Source of the DNA: Candidatus Latescibacterota bacterium | Lineage (GTDB): Bacteria; Latescibacterota; UBA2968; UBA8231 | Assembly (NCBI GenBank): GCA_965221775.1 | Contig: CBDCSU010000006.1 | Location: forward strand, 2,048,001-2,112,000 | Reading direction: 5' to 3' | Length of the DNA stretch: 64,000 nucleotides | Shown here: positions 18,528 to 28,800 of the stretch, in pieces | Layout: the number at the start of each line of letters is the position of its first letter | Numbering within the stretch: position 1 is the stretch's first letter | Notes under the pieces: model-generated | What the model was told of the DNA's origin: nothing | The model's input: only the letters and a program-made list of their open reading frames with translations | Databases searched by the model: none | Program-made: the position numbers and the translations under genes

Positions 18528-21461
18528 ATGGCGAAGAGAAAGGCACCCAAGACCGTCGAAACCCTCCGGCACCAGGACGCATCCCGGAAGAACATCCCTA
18601 CGGCTGAGTACCAGGCGGTGATGGCGGAGGACGACCGCAACCCGATCAGGGTCGCGTACGAGCGGCGCAACCCGGACCTTGACCCCCAGCTTGTCTGGCG
18701 GGGCAAGGATGAGCAGAACTGGTCGGACCTAGTGGTGCAGGCCCCGCCCCTGTTCATCCAGGAGAAGGTGCATCCGAAGGTGCTGATTGACGACCTGCGG
18801 CAGCGGACCAGGGAGACGGAAGACCAGCCTGACCTGTTCGCGGACTTCAACGGGCTGCCGAGCGGGGACGCGCAGACGGAGTTCTACCAGCACGACGCCA
18901 ACTGGTCGAACCGGATGATCCTCGGGGACAGCCTGCAGGTGATGGCGTCGCTGGCGGAGCGGGAGGGGCTGCGCGGCAAGGTGCAGTGCATCTACATCGA
19001 CCCGCCCTACGGCATCAAGTTCAACTCCAACTTCCAGTGGTCAACGACCAGCCCCAGGGTAAGAGATGGCAAGGCCGACCACATCACGCGTGAGCCAGAG
19101 CAGGTAAAGGCGTTCCGGGACACCTGGCGGGACGGGATACACTCGTATCTCACGTACCTACGGGATCGGCTGACGGTTGCGAGGGATCTGTTGAATGAGA
19201 GCGGATCGGTATTCGTACAGATTGGGGACGAGAATGTGCATCGGGTGCGAGCCCTGCTAGACGAGGTGTTTGGTGGGGGAAATTTCATGAGTCTGATTTC
19301 CTTCAGGACGTCCATAGGCCTAGGATCTCAGCACTTGGACAATACCAGCAATTACCTGCTGTGGTACTGCAAGAATCAGGAGAAGGCAAAGTTTCGCTCC
19401 CTATTCCAACTCTTGGAACCATGGGAAGAAGGGGCGACACGCTACAAGATGCTTCGGATGCCCGACTTGAGGGAGCGCCGAGTAACAAGGGAAGAGTTGC
19501 ATAGAGAGACGCCATTGCCGCAAGGCTCTCGGCTGTTCAGGGATCAAGGCTTTACGTCTCGAACAGGTTCTGATACGACCTTGTTTCCCGTAACCTTTCG
19601 AGGGAGGGCCTATCGTCCATCCTCCGGTGGCTGGCGCACATCGGAAGGCGGCATGCTGCGAGCAATGAGAGCCGATCGCGCAATTGAGACTGGGCAGAAC
19701 ATCAGTTTCCGGAAGTACTTCGATGATTTCCGAGCACTCGGTTTAGACAATATGTGGATGGACGTTTCTGGTGGAATCACAAGCCGAGCAGATCCCAAGG
19801 TGTACGTGGTTCAGACATCGAAGAAGGTTGTTGAACGCTGCATCCTGATGGCCACCGATCCCGGCGACCTCGTCCTCGACCCCACCTGTGGCGCCGGCAC
19901 CACCGCGTACGTCGCCGAGGAGTGGGGTCGTCGCTGGATCACCATCGACACCTCCCGCGTCGCCCTCGCGCTCGCCCGCGCCCGCACTATGGGCGCCCGC
20001 TATCCCTACTACCTGCTCGCCGACAGCGGCGACGGCCAGATCAAGGAGGCCGAAGTTTCCCGGAAGGCCCCCTCGGAAGCGCCTACGTACAACGACATCC
20101 GCCAGGGCTTCGTGTACGAGCGCGTGCCCCACATCACCCTCAAGTCCATCGCCAATAACGCCGAGATCGACGTGATCTGGGACAGTTTCCAGGAGAGGCT
20201 GGAGCCGCTGAGGGAAGAACTGAACGCCGCACTCAAGCGGGATTGGGAGGCGTGGGAGATCCCCCGGGAGGCGGGGGACCCGTGGCCGGAGTCGCCCACC
20301 AAGGCGTGGGCAAGGTTCCAGGCCGCGTCCACGGACGGGGAGAAGTCGACGGCGCTGCGCGAGTTGAACAAGGCCCTGGGTCGGGAGTACGGACTCGAGG
20401 ACGTTCCCGCCGAGCCGCGCGACCCCTGGCCCCTTGGGGCGTCTGACCTTCACAGCCTCTGGTGGGAAGAGCGCATCGCCCGCCAGAAGGAGATCGACGC
20501 CTCCATCGCCGCAAAGGCGGATTACGAATACCTCTTCGACAAGCCCTACGAGGACAACAAGAAGGTCCGCGTCGCCGGCCCTTTCACCGTGGAGAGTCTG
20601 TCGCCGCACCGCCTCCTCGGCGTCGACGAGGACGACGAACTGATCGACAACGTCGCCGAAGCCAGCCTCGGGTACGGGGCAAAGCAGGACTTCGCCGGGA
20701 TGATCCTCGACAACCTCAAGACCTCCGGCGTGCAGCAGGCCCACCGGGAAGACCGTATCTCCTTCTCAGGGATCAGGCCCTGGCCCGGGGAGCTCGTCTG
20801 CGCCGAGGGAACCTACGTCGAAGGCACCGGCGACTCCGGCCCCCAGAGACGCGCCGGCATCTTCATCGGCCCGGAGTTCGGCACCGTCTCCCGCCCCGAT
20901 CTCGTGTCGGCGGTGCGCGAGGCCGCCGACGCCGACTTCGACGTGCTGGTCGCCTGCGCCTTCAACTACGACTCCCATGCCTCCGAGTTCAGCAAGCTCG
21001 GCCGTGTCCCGGTCCTCAAGGCGCGCATGAACGCCGACCTCCATATGGCCGACGACCTCAAGAACACGGGCAAGGGCAACCTCTTCGTCATCTTCGGCGA
21101 GCCGGACATCGACCTCCTCGACGCCGAGGATGGCCAGATCCAGGTCAAGGTCAACGGCGTCGACGTGTTCCACCCCAACACTGGTGAGATCCGCAGCGAC
21201 AGCGCCGACGGTATCGCCTGCTGGTTCGTCGACAGCGACTATGACGAGGAGAGCTTCTTCGTCCGCCAGGCCTACTTCCTCGGCGCCAACGATCCCTACA
21301 AGGCGCTGCGGACGACCCTGAAGGCCGAGATCAACCAAGAGGCCTGGGAAACTCTGCACAGCGACACCTCGCGGCCCTTCCCGAAGCCGGCGTCGGGCCG
21401 CATCGCCGTGAAGGTGATCAACCACCTCGGGGACGAGGTGATGAAGGTGTTCCGGGTGTGA
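18528..21461 (+). CDS. mod: type III R-M adenine methyltransferase, Mod subunit
   Basis: DPPY catalytic motif followed by TRD and VLDPTCGAGTT SAM motif (beta-class order); C-terminal AVKVINHLGDE. Confidence 0.93.
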   Translation: MAKRKAPKTVETLRHQDASRKNIPTAEYQAVMAEDDRNPIRVAYERRNPDLDPQLVWRGKDEQNWSDLVVQAPPLFIQEKVHPKVLIDDLRQRTRETEDQPDLFADFNGLPSGDAQTEFYQHDANWSNRMILGDSLQVMASLAEREGLRGKVQCIYIDPPYGIKFNSNFQWSTTSPRVRDGKADHITREPEQVKAFRDTWRDGIHSYLTYLRDRLTVARDLLNESGSVFVQIGDENVHRVRALLDEVFGGGNFMSLISFRTSIGLGSQHLDNTSNYLLWYCKNQEKAKFRSLFQLLEPWEEGATRYKMLRMPDLRERRVTREELHRETPLPQGSRLFRDQGFTSRTGSDTTLFPVTFRGRAYRPSSGGWRTSEGGMLRAMRADRAIETGQNISFRKYFDDFRALGLDNMWMDVSGGITSRADPKVYVVQTSKKVVERCILMATDPGDLVLDPTCGAGTTAYVAEEWGRRWITIDTSRVALALARARTMGARYPYYLLADSGDGQIKEAEVSRKAPSEAPTYNDIRQGFVYERVPHITLKSIANNAEIDVIWDSFQERLEPLREELNAALKRDWEAWEIPREAGDPWPESPTKAWARFQAASTDGEKSTALRELNKALGREYGLEDVPAEPRDPWPLGASDLHSLWWEERIARQKEIDASIAAKADYEYLFDKPYEDNKKVRVAGPFTVESLSPHRLLGVDEDDELIDNVAEASLGYGAKQDFAGMILDNLKTSGVQQAHREDRISFSGIRPWPGELVCAEGTYVEGTGDSGPQRRAGIFIGPEFGTVSRPDLVSAVREAADADFDVLVACAFNYDSHASEFSKLGRVPVLKARMNADLHMADDLKNTGKGNLFVIFGEPDIDLLDAEDGQIQVKVNGVDVFHPNTGEIRSDSADGIACWFVDSDYDEESFFVRQAYFLGANDPYKALRTTLKAEINQEAWETLHSDTSRPFPKPASGRIAVKVINHLGDEVMKVFRV

Positions 21462-21516
21462 AGGGACGGAACTGATACAGTGCCAGAAGAGCGGTCGAGA
21501 CCAGGAGACCTATTGG

Positions 21517-23040
21517 ATGAGTGAACTTGGGCATCCCAAAATTACGCTTTCTCCCGAGGTACGGATTTCGGCAACCAATTTCGGGCCAATCGACAGTTGC
21601 ACTGTGGATCTGAGGCCGCTGACTGTGTTCGTCGGTCCGAGCAACACTGGGAAGACCTATTTTGCCACCCTGGTCTACGCGTTGCACCGGGTGCTCGAAG
21701 GATTCCCACGGCTTCCGCACCACCAGCATGGCTTAGCGTACAATTACTGGCAGGTAGAGCCGGCAGCGCGGGCTGACGTGGGAGTGGAGGAACTCAAGGA
21801 TGTTCTTGACAAGCTTAAGATTGACGGTCCGTTCGCATTCTCGGACCTGCCCGAAGGTGTGCGCAGCGTGGCGCATGCCTGGCTCAATGATCCGAAGTTC
21901 ATTGGTGAGGAGGTAAGGACCGAACTCGAACGCTGTTTCGACCTGGAATCGGTGGCCGATCTGATCCGATTGTTCGAGAGTGGGACGAAGGTTTCACTGG
22001 CCGTGGGAGAAGAAGGTCGCCCCCTGTGGCGATTCCAGATGGAGATTTCGGAAGTGGACATCACCATGAGTGGGGGAATAGATGACATGGTTCTCTTGCC
22101 CGAAGGATGGTCCGCTTCGGAGTCAGGGGGTCAAGAGTCCTTTCTTTCCAGGAAACTGATCACAGAGATCCAGAGACTTGATTCCTCACCAGACCGCCCA
22201 CATCAGTTTGGGGATTTCTTTGACCTCTTGTACAGAGTGGCTTCTGGTGGAGCCTTCTCCTCGCACTACTTGCCCGCCGCCCGCAGTGGTATTATGCAAA
22301 GTCACCGCGTCATCGCCCGCTCTCTAGTGGCCCGCTCCACTCGGGGTGGGTTGGAGAGTTTTCCAGAGATTCCCACCTTTTCGGGGGTTATGGCCGACTT
22401 CTTGGAGTGGCTTATTCTGTACCAAGAACGCGAATCTACCAATAGAGACATGAGTGAGCTTGCTGATGCTCTGGAACGGGAGGCGCTTGCGGGACGGATA
22501 GAGGCCAAGGTCTCTCCAGCAGGAGGGTATCCCGAGTTTGTTTACCTTCTGGGAGAGAGTCAGCAGGAAGTCCGCCTGTCCCGCACATCCTCTATGGTAT
22601 CCGAACTCGCTCCAGTCGTCCTGTTCCTGCGCGGAGCCGTCCGGCGGGGAGATTTGCTCATTATTGAAGAGCCGGAGGCTCACCTTCATCCCGCTGCCCA
22701 GGCCCGGATGGCGGTAACCTTGGCCCGAGTGGTCCGCGCCGGGGTTCGCGTGCTGGTCACGACGCACAGCGACTGGTTGCTCAAGGAGATCGGGAACCTG
22801 ATACGAGAGGGGGAGTTGGGAACAGAGGCTAGTGAATCCCTCCCTAGCGCGCTCCGGCGCAGTGAGGTGGGAATCTGGTTATTTCGGGAGGAGGATACCT
22901 CGCGGGGATCGACGGTGGCGGAAGTCTGCTTCAACCCCAGCGAGGGGGTGGACCCGCCGGACTATGAAGACGTTGCTGAAGAGCTATACAACCGTTCGGC
23001 GAACCTTCAAAACCGGCTCGAAGACAGGGAACATGAGTGA
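21517..23040 (+). CDS. AAA_15/AbiEii-like ABC-type ATPase
   Basis: NFGPI, GPSNTGKT, LPAARSG, LIIEEPEAHLHP, VTTHSD. Confidence 0.88.
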   Translation: MSELGHPKITLSPEVRISATNFGPIDSCTVDLRPLTVFVGPSNTGKTYFATLVYALHRVLEGFPRLPHHQHGLAYNYWQVEPAARADVGVEELKDVLDKLKIDGPFAFSDLPEGVRSVAHAWLNDPKFIGEEVRTELERCFDLESVADLIRLFESGTKVSLAVGEEGRPLWRFQMEISEVDITMSGGIDDMVLLPEGWSASESGGQESFLSRKLITEIQRLDSSPDRPHQFGDFFDLLYRVASGGAFSSHYLPAARSGIMQSHRVIARSLVARSTRGGLESFPEIPTFSGVMADFLEWLILYQERESTNRDMSELADALEREALAGRIEAKVSPAGGYPEFVYLLGESQQEVRLSRTSSMVSELAPVVLFLRGAVRRGDLLIIEEPEAHLHPAAQARMAVTLARVVRAGVRVLVTTHSDWLLKEIGNLIREGELGTEASESLPSALRRSEVGIWLFREEDTSRGSTVAEVCFNPSEGVDPPDYEDVAEELYNRSANLQNRLEDREHE

Positions 23041-23521
23041 GGTTCTCGAGCGAGTCCGGGCAGGAGTTGGTGATCAGAATCTCAGGGATTCGTGCAGACG
23101 AAACGGATGCAAGGTATCAATGCAGGACGTTCCGGCCCCCCGGATCCTGGTGGACGCGGACCTTGCTTTCCCATATCACCAGATGGAAGGTCAGCGATGT
23201 GATTTTGTTCTTTTTGTAGTGTCCGGCAAGGGCTCTCTCTTCGTAGTTCCGATGGAACTAAAGGGAGGAGGTGTCGACGCATCTGAGGTTTCCGCGCAAT
23301 TGCAGCGAGGCGTCGAATTCGCCGATCGCTTTGCGCCGCAGGGGTTCCAAGCGGTTTGTCACCCGGTGCTGTTCCATGGTGGGAGCATTCACCCGAAGCA
23401 ACGGAAGACGCTCAACCGAGCAAAGGTTAGCTTCCGCGGTCGCCGACTGACCATTAGCACCGCACGCTGCAATCGCCCCGGGAATCTGGCGCTGGCGCTG
23501 GATGGCGCCCTGAAGAGTTGA
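23033..23521 (+). CDS. hypothetical protein with PD-(D/E)xK-like motif
   Basis: RCDFVLF...MELKGG...QLQRG; 8-bp overlap with the ATPase gene. Confidence 0.7.
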   Translation: MSEVLERVRAGVGDQNLRDSCRRNGCKVSMQDVPAPRILVDADLAFPYHQMEGQRCDFVLFVVSGKGSLFVVPMELKGGGVDASEVSAQLQRGVEFADRFAPQGFQAVCHPVLFHGGSIHPKQRKTLNRAKVSFRGRRLTISTARCNRPGNLALALDGALKS

Positions 23522-23536
23522 TGGAGGAGATCGACA

Positions 23537-23731
23537 GTGAGAGATGACCCTATTGTGGGCGAAATTCGGGTAAGTGCGATACTAACCTTTTCGCTGAGTG
23601 TGTGCTGCGACATCACTGAGATCTTCCGAAGGCCGGGTACAACAGGCCAGGTCCTTTCTGAACTCCGTCCGCTATCCTGCCCCTCGGATGAATCCGCGCG
23701 GGAAGACGCGATAGAGCCCATGGACAGGTAG
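23537..23731 (+). pseudogene. possible degenerate small hypothetical (DDPIV.EIR-type) gene
   Basis: GGAGGAG RBS and DDPIVGEIR start; remainder looks degraded. Confidence 0.3.
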
Positions 23732-23767
23732 AAGGATACTGCAATTCGCCGAGGGCTGAAGGCATAG

Positions 23768-24000
23768 GAAGACCTGCTGCGCTGGGCCTTCCTCTGGTTC
23801 AGGAAGCGCATTGAAGACCGCGCGGGGCGATGACGGCGAGGCGGTTGGCGCGTTTCGTCGACGGGGGCGGTGGACAGGCTGTTCTTCACGACCATCACCG
23901 TCACCGGCGAACGGAACGCCTTCGAGGTTTTCGAGACGCTCAACGTGCGTGATGTGCGCCTGTCGGCCAGTGATCTGCTGAAGAACGACCTGTTCTCCAT
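23768..24000 (+). pseudogene. DUF262 (GmrSD/SspE-like) gene fragment
   Basis: DRLFFTTITV...NAFEVFETLNVRDVRLSASDLLKNDLFS resembles the DUF262 FETLNxRG..L...DL.KN motif; upstream part broken by stops. Confidence 0.65.
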
Positions 24001-24127
24001 CCCCTCCCGGGGCGGTGACTCCAGCCGGCCCGCCGGGCCACCCCACTTTTTCCTTGATCCCCCCGCCCCTCCCGCCGTTTATTGCCCCGCAACCCCCCGT
24101 TCCGCCCCAAGCCCCACGGAGGAGAGC

Positions 24128-25495
24128 ATGACCACCGAGCTTGGTTCCCTCAGCGTCATATTCACCGAGTTCTACTACTGGATCACGGTGGTGCTCATGT
24201 TCTTCATCCACGTGGGGTTCTGCATGTACGAGGTGGGGGTTTCCCGCCACAAGAACCACATGCACACCCTGATGAAGAACACGATGCTGATCCCCCTGGT
24301 GACGATCACGTTCTTCTTCTTCGGGTGGTGGATCTACTTCGCTCTGCCCAACGGGCCGGGCATCACCGGCGGGCTGGTGGAGGCGCCCCACGCGACGGCC
24401 TGGAGCCAGCTCATGGGGCCGCACATGGGCGGCGTCGGCGACCCGGACGGCTGGGCCCGGATCAACGGCGTGTTCTGGGCGGCCTTCCTCCTGTTCTCGT
24501 GGACGGCGGCCTCCATCGTCTCCGGGTCGGTGATCGAGCGCATCCGCTCCTCGGCCTTCTGGATCCTGGCGATCCTGATCGGGTCCGTGTTCTGGGTCAT
24601 CGACGCGGCCTGGGGCTGGCACGCCGAAGGCTGGATGGTGCGGATCCTCGGCTACCACGACGCCTACGCCTCGGGCGTGATCCACGCCATCGCCGGCGGC
24701 TTCGCCCTCGGGGTGCTGGTGGTCCTCGGACCGCGCATCGGCAAGTTCGCCCCCGACGGCACCCCGCGGAGCCTGAACCCCCGCAACCCCTGGCTCGTCA
24801 CCATCGGCTTGTTCCTGATCTACACCGGCTTCTGGGGGTTCTACGTGGCCTGCAACGTGCCCATGTGGGACGTGCAGAGCGGCGACGGCACGTTCTTCTC
24901 CGCCACCAACATCTACCTGGCGCCCACGACCCTGTCGGCGATCACCGTGAACTTCCTCATGGCCCTGTCGGGCGGGCTCCTCGCCGGGTACGTCATCTCA
25001 AAGGGCGACGCCTACTGGACCTATTCGGCGGGCCTGGCGGGGATCATCGCCGCCTCGGCCGGCAACGACCTCTACCACCCGGTGCAGGCGATGATCATCG
25101 CCGCCCTGGGCGTGGTCTTCATGTACAAGGTCCACTACTTCGTGGAGCGCCGCTTCCGGATCGACGACGCGGTGGGCGCCGTGGCCGTCCACGGGTACGC
25201 CGGCTTCTTCGGCGTCGTGATCTGCGGCTTCGTGCTCTGGGGCTACCCCTCCTCGCCGGATGGCAGCTTCGCCAGCATCAACCCCCTGGGGCAGATCGTC
25301 GGCGCAGTGATCATGTTCGGGGTGCTCGGCTTCATCCCCGGCTGGATCGCCGCCAGGATCCTCAGCGCCGCGGGGATCCTGCGCATCCCGCGCCAGATCG
25401 AGCTGGCCGGTCTCGACTACGCCACCGCTCACGACCGGGCCCAGGAGGAGCAGGGCATCATCGACGCCGAGCGCGCGGAACTCGGCAAGGACTGA
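24128..25495 (+). CDS. amt: ammonium/methylammonium transporter (divergent Amt family)
   Basis: Multi-TM; SIVSGSVIER, D......IH, LGPRIGKF, IDDAVGAVAVHG; start after GGAGGAG. Confidence 0.9.
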   Translation: MTTELGSLSVIFTEFYYWITVVLMFFIHVGFCMYEVGVSRHKNHMHTLMKNTMLIPLVTITFFFFGWWIYFALPNGPGITGGLVEAPHATAWSQLMGPHMGGVGDPDGWARINGVFWAAFLLFSWTAASIVSGSVIERIRSSAFWILAILIGSVFWVIDAAWGWHAEGWMVRILGYHDAYASGVIHAIAGGFALGVLVVLGPRIGKFAPDGTPRSLNPRNPWLVTIGLFLIYTGFWGFYVACNVPMWDVQSGDGTFFSATNIYLAPTTLSAITVNFLMALSGGLLAGYVISKGDAYWTYSAGLAGIIAASAGNDLYHPVQAMIIAALGVVFMYKVHYFVERRFRIDDAVGAVAVHGYAGFFGVVICGFVLWGYPSSPDGSFASINPLGQIVGAVIMFGVLGFIPGWIAARILSAAGILRIPRQIELAGLDYATAHDRAQEEQGIIDAERAELGKD

Positions 25496-25523
25496 ACCGC
25501 TTCGGAACTCACAGGAGAGAATC

Positions 25524-25757
25524 ATGGCTACTGGAAACGTCGAGAGCTGGGGCGGCAACATCTCCGAGATCGGCCCCCTCTACCCCTTCGTGGGCCTGGA
25601 AGGCCTGATGGTCGTCGTCGGCGTGGCTCTGTGGATCCTCTGGCACGTGGTGCAGGTGCGCACCGAGAACGCTACCTACGAGGACGAGATCAACCGCTTC
25701 GGCGACGACGAGACGCTGCGCAAGATCCTCGACGCGGAGGATCCCTACGCTCCGTAG
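25524..25757 (+). CDS. small single-TM protein downstream of amt
   Basis: AGGAGA RBS, IGPLYPFVG followed by a hydrophobic helix. Confidence 0.8.
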   Translation: MATGNVESWGGNISEIGPLYPFVGLEGLMVVVGVALWILWHVVQVRTENATYEDEINRFGDDETLRKILDAEDPYAP

Positions 25758-25807
25758 GGGGAGTGGGCAAGCCGCCATGTAGGCGGAAGAGCCCCGGGAC
25801 CCTGGCC

Positions 25808-28800
25808 ATGAGTGCACGGCGGATTGGCAGGGGTTTCCTGGGGCTCTTCTTGTGCGGCCAGGGGCTGGCGGCTCCCCCCGACCCGCACGTCGAAGGCCGG
25901 GTGGTGCTGGACGACGGGCGGCCAGTCGCCGGAGCGCACGTGCGGTTCTTCGATTCCTCCGACCCGACCCGCACCCATGGCGTCATCGCCGACGAGTGGG
26001 GGCGATTCTCGCTGGCCCAGCCGGGCGCGTCGGGCATGGGTGCGCTGCCCCGGCAGACCACGCTGCTGCAGAACTACCCCAACCCCTTCAATCCCTCCAC
26101 CGTCATCCCGTACCAACTGTCGTCGCCGGGCCACGTGCGGCTGGAGGTGTTCAACGTGCTGGGGCAACTCGTGGCCACCCTGGTGGACCAGGAGGTGTCG
26201 GCGGGGGTGTACACGGCGATCTGGCGCGGCACGGATGGAGCGGGACGTGCCGTGGCGGCGGGACTCTACTTCTACCGCCTCAGGGCGGGCGGCGTCAGCG
26301 AGACACGCCGGATGGTCCTCGTCGATGGTCAGGCCGGCGTGCCCGGCCCCGCTTCAGCCATCACGGCGCCCACACCTGAGTCGGCTCCGGTCTCCATCCT
26401 GACGGTGAGCGGCCCCGGTGTGGCCACCCATGTGGACCCGGACTTCCGGGCCGGCACCGGACCGGTGGAGATCGTCGTCGAAGCGCGAGCCGGCTCCGGT
26501 TCGAGGGCGAAGGCGGCGGCCGGGGGCGGTATCCTCGGCGACGTGGACGGCAATGGCCGGGTCGATCTCATCGACGCGGTGCTGGTGTGGCTGTACGCCT
26601 TCGACGCTACCATCACCAGCCCGAACGATGGCGACATCTCCCTGGGGGATGTGGATCGCGACGGCCGCATCGACATGACGGACTTCCACTACATCGTCGC
26701 CCACTACGTCGATCCTGCCGACCCGTCGCTCCCTGAGGGAATCGGCGACCCCGTGGCGGCAGTCCTTGAGGGCATGATGTACTGGGTGGATTGGGAGACG
26801 GGCAAGATCCAGCGGGCGAACCTGGACGGCTTCGAGGTCGAGGATCTCGTCACAGGGTTGAGGGAGCCGGAGGACCTGGCCGTGGATCTGTCGGGGGGAA
26901 AGATGTACTGGCCGGACCATGCGGCGGGCAAGATCCAGCGGGGGAATCTGGACGGGTCCGGGATCGAAGATCTCGTCACTGACATCTACTACGTATGGAG
27001 CCTGGCCCTGGATGTGGCCGAAGGCAGGATGTACTGGACGAACGCCAGTCACAGGGGGCCCAGGATCCAGCGGGCGAACCTGGACGGATCCGGGGTTGAA
27101 GATCTGATCACCACCGGACTGTTCCTGATAGCCGGTCTGGCCCTGGACCTGCCCGGGGGCAAGATGTACTGGACGGACAGCGGAACGAGGAGGATCCAAC
27201 GGGCGAATCTGGACGGTTCCCGCGTGGAAGATCTCCTTACCACCAATCTGTATGGTCCACGGGGATTGGCGCTGGATCTCACTCGGGGCAAGATGTACTG
27301 GGGCGACTGGGGAAGCGGCCGGCTTCAGCGCTCGAATCTGGACGGTACCCAGGTTGAGGAACTCCTGAGCCGAGGAAACCCCGACAACCTCGTTCTGGTG
27401 ATTCCCGAGGGGAAGATTTACTGGATGGAGAGTGCCTCCGGCGAGGGCGATGGCGAACTCCTGCGTGCCAATCTGGACGGATCGGAGGTTCAGGACTTCC
27501 CCATCACCGGGGTCCGGCAACCGAGGGGTCTGGTGCTTCACCTGCCCGGTCTGCCGGAGGCAGATGTGAATCGCCCCCCGGTACTGGAGGGCATCGTCAA
27601 GCAGAGCGTGGTGGAGGGAGAGACCCTGCGCATCGATCTGTTCGGCCGCGACCCGGAGGGCGGCGAGGTTGCCTTTGAGGCGCTCTCGGACGGCGGTGTG
27701 GCCATGGTCAGCGTGTCCGGCAGTCAGCTGACGATACATCCGGCAGCGCCAGGACGCGCCACGGTGACGGTGAAGGCCAGCGATGCCGAGGGCAACACGA
27801 CAAGCAGGACCTTTTCTGTCAGAGTGACCGCCCCCCTGCCTGTGAGCCTGGGCCGGATGTACTGGACGGACTGGGAGGTGGACAAGATCCAGCGAGCCAA
27901 CCTTGACGGTTCCAGAGTCGAGGAGTTGGTCACCACCGGCCTGGCTTTTCCCTACGGCCTGGCCCTGGATGTCGCCGGGGGGAAGATGTACTGGGCGGAT
28001 GCAGGGACGCAGAAAATCCAGCGGGCGAACCTCGACGGCTCCCGGGTGGAAGACCTCGTCACCAGTGAAACGTTCGAGCCCATAGACGTGGCCCTGGACG
28101 TGGTCGGAGGAAAGATGTACTGGACGGCGACGGACTATGCCTGGACGGCGTCGGACTATGCCTTGACCTGGGGCGCGATTCTCCGCGCGAACCTGGACGG
28201 CTCCCAGATCGAGGAAGTCCTGACTACGGCGGGCATTCCGGAAGGAATTGCCTTGGACCTCGTTGCAGGGAAGATGTACTGGACCGACACCGCCCGATCC
28301 AACCTTGGCCGGGCGAACCTGGACGGGTCCCAGGCAGAAACCATTGTTGGATGGGGCAGTGACATCGGGCCGCTGAACATACCCCTGGGCCTGGCTCTCG
28401 ACCGGGCAGGTGGAAAGACCTACTGGCAGGATCCGGGGACGCTCAGGATGCAGCGCGCCAACCTCGATGGCTCCCAGGCAGAAGATCTCCACGTTTCCGG
28501 GCTTGGGTATCCTGGGATAGGTCCTGGCTCTCGACCCGGCCGAAGGCAAGATCTACTGGACGGACGGCGGCAGGAAGCAGATCCTGCGGTCCAACCTCGA
28601 CGGCACGCGCGTCGAGGACCTCCTCAGCGGTTTGGGCGGACCGGCTGGTCTGGCCCTGGAGATCCTGGCGCCGGACCTGGTGGCCTCGGACCCGTGGGCG
28701 AGTCCCCGCGATCTCGGTCTGGGGCAGTCCTTCACCCTGTCGGTGGCAATCCGAAACCGGGGGCAGCTGCCGGCCCCGGCGACTACCATCCGCTACTACG

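Noticed and set aside
23870-24127. DUF262-Amt fusion protein
   Set aside because: Pro-rich non-coding-like linker and a strong RBS before ATG 24128
14386-24127. Integrative element or prophage
   Set aside because: No integrase, transposase, tRNA or flanking direct repeats found; called a defence island only
26770-28620. Recurring aagatgtactgg/aacctggacgg DNA repeats as an array or DGR
   Set aside because: Explained by YWTD protein repeats; no reverse transcriptase or adenine-specific variation pattern seen
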